The notes below the pieces were generated by a model. The model had not been told where the DNA came from, made no database searches, and saw only the letters and a program-made list of their open reading frames with translations. This document shows, piece after piece, positions 33,968 through 47,960 of a stretch of DNA of 64,000 nt (its first letter is position 1; every line of letters starts with the position of its first letter). The translations under genes and the position numbers were made by a program. This DNA comes from Pseudovirgaria hyperparasitica (Eukaryota), in NCBI GenBank assembly GCA_010093815.1, contig ML996569.1; one strand, written 5' to 3'.

Positions 33968-36819
33968 TGAAGCTGGACTGGCCGTCGAGCCACAGTCTCA
34001 CGTAACAACCTAACGGCACTGCCTCTCTCAACGGCAAATGCACTCTGTACGACACCACCCATTCCACCCGCCTTTTTTCAGGCGAACCTTGCTCTCTTAC
34101 TGGACAGCATCCATGAACTGCTTACAGACACCGTCCCTGGATACTCTACAATCCACGCATTTGCCAAGCGCCGAATGTGTAGCGACCGACGCTAAGCCCT
34201 AACACTCGAATTAGTCGCCTTTGGCATGCGTTGAAATCTGCAGTCAGCAATTAGTTTACAACACTAACAGGTCCGTGGATGCCGGCTTGCAGCAATCATC
34301 CCGCTTCGCTGACACCGAGAGTCGTTCCGGTCCGTGACCCCCGCATCTTGGTATGCATTCTGCGGTCTCGGGTGTCTTGGATCAGGGGGGTAGATGGCTG
34401 CGATACCGGACGACAGCTCATGTAAATCACAGCGCAACAGTCCTTTCTTGGTAATTTTTTTTCTTCACATAGATAGCTGTTAAGATCAGGTCGTCTAGTG
34501 TACAGGCCAAGACGTTTTAAGATTGAGTTCTGACGCCCGGACATTGCCTCTTGCTGGTCTGACTTTCCGACTAGCAAGGAGCAATGTTCTCAAACCATTA
34601 TCTCATTTGGTGGTGGTCAAGTGCCGCTCTATGGCTAGAAGAAATACATGACATGAGGTGGAGACGTGGTGGTCGCTGCGAGGCCGAAGCATTGGCACTG
34701 GTGACAGTCTGCGACCTTGCCGGGTTGCATGATCGCACGCGCTCTATAACTAGTCTGGTCAAGACGTTGCGGCACAGGTTGGCAGCTGCCTCAACCATCA
34801 ATATTGAACCCGCGGAGCCAAATTTTTTCGTTCTTGATAGTCCTCTATCTTAAATGTTGATGTGATGAAATATCGACTCTACTCATGTGTGCGGAATATT
34901 TGACGAAGTAAACAACTATCTCTTATCATCCCAACGATATTGCAGGGCTTAGAGTTCCAGATCTTGCGATCGATGACGGCCCGGTGACATGTTTTCCAGA
35001 TCGCCCATATTGGACTTTTTAGTCCCAGGACAGAACTATCAATCGTCTGATCTCGGGCTCCATAACATTAAACATGCCCTTAGGTAACACCACCAGATTG
35101 TGCCATGTGCGACATCAACGTCACTAATGGGAGAATGCCACATTTAAGGGCTGACTCACTGTGCTCGTGCTTACTGTGGGTCAGGATACCGTTACCGAAT
35201 CCCTCGAGCGCGGAACGCCGATGGGTTTGTTGCGAGCGAGTGTGGGGAAGTGGAGGCCTGCGAGATATACGGCGACATATGGAAATTTAGACCTAATAGG
35301 GTCAGGCGTTGGGTTCAGGTGCCATGTGTTTGTGGCGATACTGTGTGGGTGCTAATATTGATTGAGCTCGAGCACTACTTGTTCTGATATGAAGATTGCG
35401 AGTGTAAGACATTCGTGTACACCTTCGCTTGTGTAGATACGAACGACGAAGCCTCCGATGTGATCAGTGGTGGCTAATAACGAGTATTTCGGCGGTAGTA
35501 AGGCCGCGCACATCTTGATAATGTACGTCACCGTCATTTACCCCTGAGTCGTACGTATGCCGCACTGCGCTACAGTACTACAGAGCATACACGTCGATAG
35601 TCGAAGAGCGTAGTAGTAAGGATCAACATAACGCCTGTGCTCATGCGTGCTGTTAGTCAAGTACATTGGCTATAGACAGCTGTGAGCTGTCCTACCGAAG
35701 ACTTCCGTGGAACAGCATCGGTGCTAATCCTTCGCTTATGTAGTGAATCATGACATGCTTTCACACACGCAAGCGCTCGGAGGCGAATCCACCCTTTGGG
35801 GCAGCGCATGTAGTGACTACGTGTCTGGATACGGATAGGAGAGATTAGTGATATGCCTCATAGTTCCGCTATCTCGTATGGGAGTGCTATACAGAGTTTG
35901 CAAAGTTATAGGGATTCAGCGAAAGACGTGCCAGATTTCTTCAGACAACATGCTGGACTGTGCAGAGCGCTATCTGCATTATACGAAAATCGATAGTGTG
36001 GTGGTGACAGAATACTAAAGCATGCCTTTCCTTGACATATATGACAACGCCTCTACATCTTAAGTTTCTTGATATGAGACATTTATGGTGTCACGGACCT
36101 GCGAGGAAGTCGAGCAACGCGATAACATGGATTCTGAAATGGCTTGAGCTTCATTTGTAACCACGCGTGAGAGTCGATGATAGTGCTCAGAGAGTCGATA
36201 CCAGTAGAAATACTCGGTTTGAGTGAAGCTCACCAAGCCTTTACACTCATATAACCGCTGTATGCCCTGTGTAGCGCTAATTTAGATCGATCGAAGTGGG
36301 GAGATGTTTACATGATGTTTTTACGAGTTGGGCATCACGGGAGCCGATACAGTGGTGCACGTTACAGTGGGTATTCGGTAGATTCTGCCGACAGGCCCCT
36401 GATCTCGTGTCGCACATTGAATCGAATCTCATCGGACTTGGTGTATTTCATACACTGGACGGAGGGTCTTTGCAGCCGCTGTCGGCGTTTCGTTCGCAGT
36501 TGCTACCAACATACTCATTTCGCTCCCTGATCTATGCGCGTCGCCTCGATTTGGCTCCGGAGAATGTTCACGTATACCCCAGCCGAGCAGCGACTCGATG
36601 AAATCCCAGCAGCATCGCCGCTGGTCGCAATATGTGTTCGGATGACAAGACAACCGCAGCGTGATTTGGACACGGGCATCTCTCATGGTACTGAGTTGCA
36701 GGTTCTGATTCCTCATCCTTGGAGCTGGTACGAGACTCATTTTCGATTCAATGTTTTGATAGGAACCATAGTGATAATAAGGTGCTGTGGACGTCCCTGG
36801 CAGTCATGCATTGGACCTC

Positions 36820-38227
36820 TCAAAGGTTCAACTTGACAGCAATTGTCGCATTCCGCTCTGTTTGACTATCTTGCAAACCAGGAGGGCGACGAATGCCCAG
36901 CCCAGGAGCAGTCGCACGAGCCTTCACTTCGTCAATGCGACTTCTGGACAGACTAATACCAGGCACGACCCAGGTGCCACAGCTACACTGCATGCCCTGC
37001 CACGCGTATTTCCCAACGTTGGTCCGACACTTTGGGCATTCCAGGCGGCCTTCGACTTTACCTTGCTCGAGCTCATGGCGCATCCAGGATAGCGGGTCGA
37101 CAAAATAATGAGCACAATCTGCGAGTGAAGGATTCCCGGTTTTTTCTATCTTTTTGTCCTCTAGAGTGGATTTGCTGTGTTGCTCTAAAAATTGCGACGT
37201 AGCCAATGGACGCCTAAACGTATGTTAGCTAAGCCTATCGAGGCTGGATGAGGCATTCAGGGTGCAATCGTGATTACCTGCACTTGCGACACTTCATTTC
37301 AAAGCGTGCTTTGTCGATACTCTGTGTATGCTCGTCTTCGAACCTGATCTTATCGGCATCAGGGGCCTGTCCACATGCACGGCTCATCTCCACCTCGCGC
37401 ATGTACATCCACCGTTGATAGACTGGAGAGCTTTCGACATCATCAGGGGTATTCATTTCGTGGAAGAGCTGTAACTGGTGCATGAAGCCTTCATTGGGTT
37501 CGCAGATGGGTCTAGCCTGACGAAGAAGATCCAAAGCTTCCTGTGGCATAATGCGATGTTTCTGCAGTAAGAAGGCTATAACGGTAGCTGCTGATCGCGA
37601 TTTACCCATCGCGCTGGAAATTGAGTGTCAATACGTGAATCAGATCTGCATTGCCCTGAAAGCGTAGCAAAGTTGTACAAAAGTGGCAGGGGCATCAATG
37701 GCTTGGGGAGAAATCAAGGCGAAAGCTCGTGCTATGCACCGATGAGGCTTGTGCAGCGGTTCGCAAAAGGATTTGAAAGAATCGCATACCGTCTGTGTAG
37801 CTGACAAGTGGCAATAGGAAAATGTGCACGAATGAGAGGACATTATCAGCTGAAGGCAAGATCACTTACCAATGCACGAAGACGCCACCTCCGCCATCAA
37901 GACCTTCCTGAATGAATTTGTTGGTTGACGGCCAATGAACCAGAAGGTTTTCGTCTTCAACATCATCCACCTCGATTTGCATGTGGTGAAAGGGATCGAA
38001 AAGCTCTCGATCCAGGCCCATGCGCAGCACTGATAGAACGTGTGTAATATTGGCCTTCTGAAAAGCGTCCTTTCTTCGAAGGCTGAACATCCTGTGGGTA
38101 ATGGATCAGCCGCTGAGTGTTAGGAGCACGCCATTGTGAGGGCTTGCTAGCTTGAGGCTGAAAATGCGGTGACATACCCTCCAATATAGATGTTATGGTC
38201 ACCCGGGACACGGTCTAGCGACGACAT
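36820..38227 (-). CDS. YVH1: Dual-specificity phosphatase Yvh1, 4 exons
   Basis: VFVHC|AMGKSRS catalytic loop; EPNEGFMHQL; C-terminal Zn domain CRKCR..CAHYF..LECPKC..YAWQGMQCSCG.WV.P. Confidence 0.93.
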
Positions 38228-41200
38228 GGCAGAAGACGGAGTGGAAATGGTGGCGGTCGCGAAAATGACTAATTATGGCTCTGTGCTGGAGAGGCTTCAA
38301 GAGCAACCAGTGATCCGATTTGTGTCCCCAGAGGCGTAAGGAGATACAGACGACGCGCACAAGAGCTTATAGAATGAGAGGAGTTGATAGTCTCAATCTC
38401 CAACGTATATGTAGGTGCGAAACCAGAATTCTCAACTGTAGATCCGTAGATCTGTAGGTTGCTGAAGCTGAATTGAGAAGGGCCCGGGTCAGCTGCGCAT
38501 CACTCAGGGCGAAAGATGTGCGTAAAGGCACGGCAACAGAGTAGAGTTTGATTGTGTAGTATCGCTGTTGGAATTCAGATGAACGTTGAAGCGCAAGAGC
38601 ACGATTGGAGATGGGACCTTCGGGAATCGTTTCGAAGAGGTTTGCACTGTAGTCAGACTAAGAGAGTGCGTGCGGTCGGTTGTAGATCTAGCCCGGCTGC
38701 CTCAGGCCGTCAGGACTGTTTCTGCCTTGTAGCCTTATATGTAATGCTCAACGGCCCGCCCCGAAAGAACTACAATCCAGCTCCGCAATGGCAAAGACAA
38801 ACCTCAATTCTTGTCCAGGAGAACACCCTGCGTTGTCGGAAACAGGCATCCGATGCCTCCGCAAGACTGGAGTCTGAGAGAGTATCCCTGTACTATGTAC
38901 GAACAATGGACTGATCCGCAGCATCTGCACGTTCTGACGCATTCGGCATGGTGAAAAGCACATACTGCAAGTAGCACACAAAACACAGTCTGCCGACATG
39001 CTGGGGGGATAAAAAGATGCGCAAGCGTTGGGCAACGCAACGCAGGAGCAGGTTAATTCATCAACCAAGACTGTCGTACTCCCGGTTCATTACTTTTTTA
39101 TCAAATTCTCCACGCTTGGCAGCCGATCCGAGCAGCTGCACATTGGTCTTCAGTGGCGCTGCTGCTAGACTTCTGGAGAATTAGATCGCAATCGAGTATG
39201 GGCCGGAAAATCAGCGACACGCCGTATAGCGCGAGGCGATGGACAGTAGCTTGGCCCTCTCAACTCTACTGGCAAGCCCTGCCAGCCCAGCACGGCAGGG
39301 AGATTGAGTAAACAGGGGTGGCCATGCACCGCCACACAGCCTTGAAATCCCTCGCCTCTTCTGATAAGTGCTAGCGAACAGAGGAGCTCGAGGCTCGATC
39401 TCGTGCGAAGAGCCGTTAGATCTGTATTGTGACGTGCATTGCCTCCACAAACACTCAAGGCTGAGGATGGCCACGTTGTTGTGCGTCGTCAAAAGCCAGC
39501 TGAGCGCAAGCATAAGCCCTGACGGAAGATACATCATTGGTCTGGAGCAAATGCGTGCCGAGATGCGAGAACATGTACGACGATACTGTATAAACAGTGA
39601 ATAGGAGCAGAACGGTATGTGATAGGGGCACAACACGGCCGCCGGGATCAGGCGTTTCGCTGTCCCCACCTTCTCACTTGTGGTTGGTAAGGCTGACGGC
39701 TACAATTATGGAGCACAAAGAGCGCAGCTAAAGGGGTTCGAGGTTCGAGGCTGTGGCTACACTTTACGAGTTTAGACATAGCATTGTGCCTGTTACGGCT
39801 CCGATTTTGCTTTGCGTGCGTGGTTGGCCCCGGTCTTCCAAGCCGTTCATCCTTCATCATGGTTGTCTTGTCTTTTGTCTCTTGTTTCTATTTTCATCGG
39901 CGTGAGGGAGGTGTGAGCTTTGGTTTACCTGCGTCTTTAAGTCTAATTAGTTCCGAGCATTGTCTCCGAGCCAAGCATGCGCTCTCATTGTGACTAGCTA
40001 AGTGTTGACATTGGAAAATGATTGAGCCAGACGCAACTCGAACAGAGGAATGTTTATGAAACTTGCACCGTCTTCCGCTACGCCAGGCGCACCGGAGAAG
40101 GACAGTATCGCTTCATTATGGGGTGGGACCCTCTTTCTGTGGCCCTCTCACGAGTCATATAGCACTTTCCAGACGTGTCCCGACGGTTAAGCTTATGTGC
40201 AGTGCATCTCGCTTCTGCTTTCCCTAGGGCATCTCATTCCTCACTGCAGAAGTGCACGCGGACTATCCAGGCTAGGGGTGACCTGCACCACCAAAGAACA
40301 GAAAGCCAACAATCAAGAGCGCAGCAGCTTCTGAGGGCCATAGTATTGGCTGCACTTGGCCTGGCAATATGGCTTCTCTCTGGTACCAATCCTACCAAGG
40401 CCTGCGCTGTGTCAGCAAATGCGGGCTTGACATCATGTATCTTTGCCCTGGACGACAATGCCAACAAATCACCTTTATGGCAAAGCGTGTTCCGGTGCAA
40501 TGGTGAAGACTGCAGCTTGCTCACGCTTCAAGCCAACGGACCTGTTTCCACCTTTCTCATCATGCCCTGTCGACCGTCATTCCCTCCCTTTCTGCTGCAT
40601 AACTATGTCGTTCTTTGATATTGAGGCCAATCGAATGTCGTTTCAGACAGTAGCTTCTCACGCTGCATATTGTAACTTGTTGATTGATGTCAGGGTTGAT
40701 AGGCGCCATGCATGCCTAGCCCTGCATCAAGGCTTGACGTCTTGCCTTCCATCTGCTGAGTGCTCCAGACTTTGTCCCCAAATAGAAATTTTGCTGCCAA
40801 ACTATTGGCCCTAAAGCAATGCAGCAGCACGTCTTTGTTCTGTTCCCATCAATCGACGTCCCAGCCGCCAGTCATCCATGGCCCTCGCTCTGGCTGCTCG
40901 TTCTTCTTGCGACATCTTCTTTGCTATTATCCTGCTTCAACATCTCGCATGGTTTCTTCAAGTCGACTGGCTCCACTTCCCACCAGCCATCTACTTTGTG
41001 CCTTGTCGCTCGCTTGCATACAGGACCTTTCTCGCTCGATCTGGCCCGGTTACGCTGCAGCTCTCACTTGGCAGACCAGGTTGAGGATACCGTAGTAGGA
41101 CTGCGCGGTCCAATTGCCAGCCCGCGCGTCAGCTCGAGGTCTGTACAGATATCATTGCGTTGTCTGCATCTCACTCGCCTGACAGACGTGATGTGACAGA

Positions 41201-41617
41201 CATTGTATACCTTCTACCAAACAAATTCTGCCAAGCAAGGTCTGTAAGCGAAAGACGACATCTCTCGAGTTGCTAGTAGTTATCATTGCCACTCACCGCA
41301 TCTGCGTCCGGACACGCACGGTCACCACTCGCCATTGATTGCTGCTTGGCCGGCGGAGGATATATCCAAGTGGCTGACTCGAAAGAGGTGAGTTGAAAGC
41401 CTGGTGGTCCTCCCCACGCTTGTGCACACAAACTCCTGCCGATTTGTGCTTTGAGCCCCCCCGGTCGCCGCCAGACAGTAGCCCAGACGTAGGGTCCTAG
41501 GTATTACTGCCTCCAGCGCCAACGACGGCACACCACCACCACCACGACGCACGCACCCATCCACTCCACCCGCCGTAGTGTCATGGCGCCCTTGATGCCT
41601 GGCGCCGCTGGTGTGTG

Positions 41618-41742
41618 GTGCGTGTGTATGTGTGTGTGCGGTGCGTGTTGCGAATTGCGTGTTGGTTGTTGCGTGCGTGGTGGGTAGGTAGGTAATTAGC
41701 TAGTAGTGTGTGTGTGTGGGTGTGTGTGGTGTGTGTGTGTGT
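41618..41742. repeat. Degenerate (GT)n tract upstream of the C2H2 TF
   Basis: Seen directly. Confidence 0.8.
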
Positions 41743-42314
41743 CTCGACCATGGTTGGAATTGCAGGGAGGGTGCTCCATAGGCAGCCCACTGTGCGGTTA
41801 ACGGGCGCACCCCTCCCCCATGGATCAGCCCTATGAAGCTGCTACTACGAGCCATTTGCTAACCTTAGCATCCCCCACCAGCATCTGCAACACCCTCTTT
41901 CGCTGATTTATTCCTTATTCCTCCTCTCCACCTCCAACCCTTTCTCTTCTCTGCTTCTCCTGGCGACGCATTGGAGATAAACATTCACAATTCTCTTCTC
42001 CCGACTTCCGCCTTGCGGTTCATGGTTCCCCCTCAAGCCCTTGACCGGTGTGCTTCCTCCTTCCCTTCCTTCTGCCGCGGATTGTGTTGTGGTTCGCTTT
42101 GACCTGAGCCGCGAGCGCCGCTCCTCATCTACTCCCTGGCTCTAGTTCATTCGGCTCTCCCGTTGGCGGATACTTGTCATCCCAGTGCAAACTCGTTCCA
42201 GCGCCTTGCGATAGTTTCCGTCTGGATCGCCACTAAAGTCTGGTACGGCGTTACCAATTACGTTTGTACTTAATCTCCCCTTCAGCTCGTGGCAAGGCGC
42301 TCGCCAAGCTGGCC

Positions 42315-44663
42315 ATGTCGCACGCGACGTCAACCACGCCATCAATTCGAATATATGACTCGGCGCACCACCACAATCAACAAAATCGGTACGCCGGGAT
42401 CTCTCGAAACTCCTCGTATCCTTCCGGGCCCTCTGCCCCGATGGCCATACCCAATGCAAGAGAAGCGGTGCCGCCGCCTCTTCCTCCACCCCGCTACATC
42501 AGTGATCTTGACCAGCACCGTGACATCGGTTGGCAGTTTGCCAACGACCCAACTCGGGCTTCTTTTGGAGGACAGCATCATGGATCCGTCAAGCCAGGCT
42601 CCTCTTTACTCGGTGGCTTCGCAAGTCTACCTTCGCGAGAAAAGCCGGACAGTGCCGTCGACTGTACATCTTCGCGTCGACTAAGCCTCCTGTCGAGGTC
42701 GAGCGATACAGAAATGCCCGACGACGATGACAAGGCCAGGCCGTCGACGACCAACTACAGGTATGCACTACTCAGAACGTGTCACCCAACAAGTCTGCAA
42801 AAGCCGTACTCACGCTTTGTGCACTTGATGCATTTTTGGGGAGCATAATGCTCATTTGAGGAATTAGCTACTGACTACTGGTAGTCTACAAAGCGAAAGG
42901 CAGCTTGGGCAGAAGTCCCTACAGAACTCTTCACAGGCATACGACAAGCAGCTGTTATCCAAGATTGGTGGGCCAAATGCACCTTCCGGTGTGGCCAAGC
43001 TGAATGGTCTACCACCCCTCGCTACGCCCGACCGTAGACCCAACAGCAGCAACAGTCTCACAAGCCCGGTGTCTCGCTGGCCGCCATCTGGTACGATCTC
43101 GCCAGGAGGCTTCAAAAGCCCGACGTTCGATCCTGCACCCTTAGAAAGAGAAGGCACACAAATGCGGCGCTTTGGCAGCGTGTCTACAGACGGAGGTCTT
43201 CCTGTGTCAAGACAACAGGGCACGGGCAGTTATGACCAGAGTACAGTGTTCACGGACTTTGGCATGGACGAGAGCGGCGTGAGGGATTTGAGCATGAACG
43301 ATCGAAGCCCCGGATCAGACGAATATCAAACTGGACCGAAGGCTGGAGTGAAGCGTGCAGCACTATCACCGCCCGTAGAGGCAGCCAGAGAGGATAGGCC
43401 AACGGGAAGCGGCATTGACCTGTACCACCGCCGGTCACAGCAGATGCTGGGTAGCCATCGCAACTCACCAGTGTCACGATTCCAGACTGGGCAGCATGGC
43501 TCGATATCATCGGCATCGTCATTTGGGCCGCGAACGAATTCGTATGCATCGTCTTACGGGGTGTCGTTGGCCAGTAGTGCAACAAGCTATAGCAGTGAGC
43601 GGTTGTCACCAGGGGCTCTGTCGCCTGGCGGAGGACGGGGTAACTGCGGGAGTGGTGGTGGTGGTGGTGGTGGTGGTGGTGGTGGTAGTGCTGATAGGGA
43701 GCTTGGACCCGCAGCACCGCACCTAAGCCCACGTGGATCGTTATCATCGAAAGGGGCCTCAGGCCTAGCAACACCAGCACCAGCACCAGCGCCCGCGCCC
43801 GCACCCGCCGCCCACGTCCAGGCGCTCCAGCGGTTGTCGGGAGGCTTCTCTGATAACCCAATCGCCATCGATGCCGCCGCCGCCGCCCTCCAACAACACC
43901 ACCGCCATCAACAACAACAGCAACAACAACACCACCACCACCAGGCTCAGCAGCACTCGCAAAAACTCTCTCAAGACAGCATGCACGCTCATTCGCGCCA
44001 CAACAGTAGTGCCTCCAAAGCACAGGGTCACTTCATCTGTGAATGCTGCCCCAAGAAGCCAAAGAAGTTTGAGAGCGAAGAGGAGCTTCGGTAATTCCTC
44101 CTCCCACCACATCCAACCATTTATCTCGCCCTCCCACTTTACTGACTTGTTGCTACAGAATCCACGAGCTCGAAAAGCAATATACCTGTGCATATTGCCC
44201 TAACCGCTTCAAGAACAAAAACGAAGCAGAGCGTCATCAGAATTCACTCCATCTACGAAAGCATTCTTGGTCCTGCGCCGCCTTGGCTGGTGTGCACGCC
44301 GCATACCACCCCTCGACTGTGCATCCAGGTGCAGACGTGTGTGGTTATTGCGGTGAGGAATTCCCAAATCCCGCTAATTGGGATGTACGATCCGAGCATT
44401 TGAATCACGTGCACAAGTACGGCGAGTGTAATCAAGCAAAAAAGTTCTTTCGCGCGGACCACTTTCGCCAGCATCTCAAGCACAGCCATGCTGGGACCAG
44501 TGGGAAATGGACTAATCAACTGGAAAATGCATGTCAAAAGGACGAGCCCCCACCAAAGGAGCGACTGTCAGCCTTTACCGCCCCAAACTCCCCCGTCACT
44601 ACCGCTCGAGGGGTTGCTTCATTGATGAATTCAATCATAGACGAACATCAAAACGAATCATGA
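42315..44663 (+). CDS. C2H2 zinc-finger transcription factor; exons 42315-42760, 42885-44090, 44159-44663
   Basis: Ser/Pro-rich N-terminus; poly-Gly, PA and Q/H tracts; CECCPKKPKKF..EELR|IHELEKQYTCAYCPNRFKNKNEAERHQNSLH, CGYCGEEF..HL..VH, C...KKFFRADHFRQHLKHSH. Confidence 0.9.
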
Positions 44664-47199
44664 GCCGCATGCCTCCGCTATTTCAGGAATTCCCAAGGGG
44701 GCAATTTAAGCAATTCTTGTCAATACTTCGTACCCTCGTTTCGACTGCACCAAGGCATATATACGTCAGTCTCCGTCTGCGCAGCATTTTATCACATAGG
44801 TCAAGTTGGCGTTACATCTGCCTAGGATATCCCCAAAACTTTTAAATAGCACATCATTCGGACGGAAAACGGAAAACACTCATGCGGCTAGGCCAGGTGG
44901 GCGATGAAATCGGTACGCCGGCCTCTGTTAGCACATCTAATATCACGACCTGACGACGGAGTTTTTTTGTTTGGCGCATTGGAGTAATAAAGTCCGTGGG
45001 GGGAAATGAAGTCTTTTGCTCAGTCTTTGTCTAGATTGTTTTTGTTTATGATTTGTCTTTGTCCTGGATGATTAGTTGGCAATGATGGTTGGCTCACCAT
45101 CTTGGCCACAGCTAGCAAATTTCATGTGACAAGTTTGAAGATGTACATGTACATGAATAGTGTATGGTTCGGGTGGGGGGAGCACATATCCTTACAATAT
45201 CCGCTACAGTTAGCACGACGGCCTAGAATCTGCATACATCAAGGACGCTCTACTAGAGAGTGGGCCAAGTGAAGCTAGATTTGACGAGCATTCAGGGGAT
45301 ACAATATTATCCTGATTATTCAGGTCTCGTTATCTGCACAGCACGGCCCCTTTTGGCTTGCTAGATAGTACAAAGGGGATGTTTGGGGTAGTAAGGCGAG
45401 CTTCTGAGTGCTTGCGAAGGTTACATTGGCAAAAGGTTGGCAACAACCCTACACCTTCCTCATAGGTGCACAAAGGAACAAGTCGGCGGACAGGCGCGCG
45501 CTAATTAGAAGCTGTCGCTCGCTCCTCTGTTGGTGATACTGGCCGCTACCTCTACCACCACTCTAATTATTCCTACCCAAGCTTGTTTGTGAATCGTTCC
45601 ATGAGCTATTATGCCCTCGCGTCAATGCTTCCAAAGTCGCACAATATCTTCGCATCTGTCCGCAGGATCTTCCCCCGGTCTCCCCACTCAAAACCTCAAT
45701 CTCAAACTCATACCCCGCTCCAAACCATTGGGACGTGGAACATGTTGTCCTCGTAGCGTCTCCGACGACATGACGCTTTCGGAGTTCGACCGCCAGCCCT
45801 GTTCAAAGGACAAGTGTGAGATTTCACGGCGACATGGTAGTATAGAACGATTCATGGCCTGTGTTGAATCGGCTAACCGGAGCTTACTTTATCTAGGATG
45901 TGGGTAGGATCAGCTCTCCCCAATCCTCCGAGTTGGCTGCAGATCGTCCGGGCTGCCCGACACCTTGCAAATATTTGCCCTGGGCAACACCTATCCTTCA
46001 TGGCGTCTGTCAAGCGGACAGGTTGACAAGTCACAATAGTGTGAGCAGCAGTTGCATTATAAACAATCGCTCTTACTGCAGCAGATGGACTGGGCAATGA
46101 GCGACGATTTCGAGCCCAATTGATACCTAGAATCAGGCCCCTGCAAGACATGCCTGGATGCTGGAGGTAATTACCTTCCATATCAAGCACTAAGAATGAC
46201 AATCACAACTGGCTGTCTCAATGGTGTGTGGACGGACGAACGACGAAGCGAGACCAGTCCCGATAGACACATAACTTTGGGGGAAAAGGAAGCCTAAGGC
46301 GAGCGGCAACATCAAAGCCGCAGAAGCTTTGCTGCATCGCTGGCGTCATACATTATCTGATGCAAAAGCACCTGAGGCACACAAACAGACATGTCTCGCA
46401 TGTCATGATTGGCGATGAATCCAATATGTCTCAAGCATCGACGGCTGGTACGGGGCCAGGTGAAATCACTGGCGCAACACAACGTCACAGGTAGATGGCG
46501 TCAAGCCCCTATCGATTGCATTTCTTTGTGCATCCTTCTGCAACAGCATCCCGTCAGCTTTTGAGTGGAACGTCAATGAAATAACAGCGGTACCGTGACC
46601 CTGGTAACCTGACTCCATCAAAAATATCAGCAGCCACGCTTCCAAAGCCGCCGTACAGATGGTATGTAGGAGGACGGAGAAGGCGGAGAAGCAGTAGGCT
46701 GCTTACATGTCTCCAAGGGGTCAGACAATATTCATCCATATGCCGTTGTCGCGGAAGGAGAAGCGGGCACTAAAGTCCGCCGTAAGTTAGCGCATATTCC
46801 TCCATGTGCGCTACCCGTAGCCTACCAGGACCACCAACCTACCAGCCTTCCAAGCTCCCACCCACCCAACCATACAACACAACCCTCGAACCTCGAACCC
46901 TCCAAAAATCTCCAGGAATGTTCCAAGTAATGTCGTCACCTAGCAAGAGCGATCGGTGACTGCCTATACCCACTATTTTTTCTATATCCGGAAGTCTCCT
47001 TGCTCACAGGAACAGCACACGGGTTCTAGAGAGCCCATGCATGCGTGTCGAACCATGATCAAACTGTGGTGTTTGTTATGTAGCTTTGTCAGCCAGCTAA
47101 TAAACCTACTAAGGCATGATATCGTATTACACTGCTCTACACTACGCGGCATTATAATTCGACTCTCAAGGCCTCTTATTATTGTAGTAACTTAGCAGC

Positions 47200-47960
47200 T
47201 AAGTCGACGACGACGAGAGAGGGAAGGGGTGATAGGATGGATATACATGTCTACTAGTCTCTCGAAAATAAGGCTGTAAATTCCTAGAAGCATGGTGTGT
47301 ATACCAAGTTGTACTGAGGTCTCCGCAATGGTATATGCTATATATATATACTACTAGTTTGGTGACTTTGGTCTGTTATTATCTAGTGATGGTTTAGGGG
47401 TTTGAGGCGCGTTAGTATCTAGATAGAAGGGGGCTTATATCTTTTAGGGGTGGATGAATGGAGGGGTTTTAAGGTGTGCTGCTGCTGCTGCTGCTGCTTC
47501 TTCTTCTTCTTCTTCTTCTTCTTCTATAATATAAGTATTAATAAAAGAGAGAGATATACATACTAACCCCTCGTCTTCTATAGATAAACATAGAAGCAAT
47601 AGGTATATACTATTCCCTCCCTCCCTAACCCTTGAAATAGATTATATATAGACCTTTCTTATTATTTCTACCTAGAAGAAGAGCATAGAATAGAAAAGAG
47701 AGATAGAGGTGTTAGACGGGAGAGAGAGCTTAGAGTAAGTCTAGAGTAAGGTCTAGAGTAAGAAGGACGTACAAGCTAGGTAAGGGTAGGGTATGCTATT
47801 TTGCATGATGGAAAGTACGATGAATTCATTTAGTATGATTCAGAATATTAAGGTCGGAGTTAATAGAGATATAATAGATGTGGATATGGAAAGTATATCA
47901 GATAGGAGATGGTTGGATGGTTAGATGATGTTTCTACTATATTACATTAGTTCTATGTTT
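47200..47960. repeat. AT-rich, TpA-rich RIP-like relic with microsatellites
   Basis: CpA/TpG-poor, TAG/TAT-rich; (GCT)n(TCT)n at ~47478-47525; 3x TAGAGTAAG at ~47731-47762. Confidence 0.7.

Noticed and set aside
38552..41196. Many 70-150 aa ORFs upstream of the C2H2 TF
   Set aside because: No coding bias, domains or consistent splice pattern
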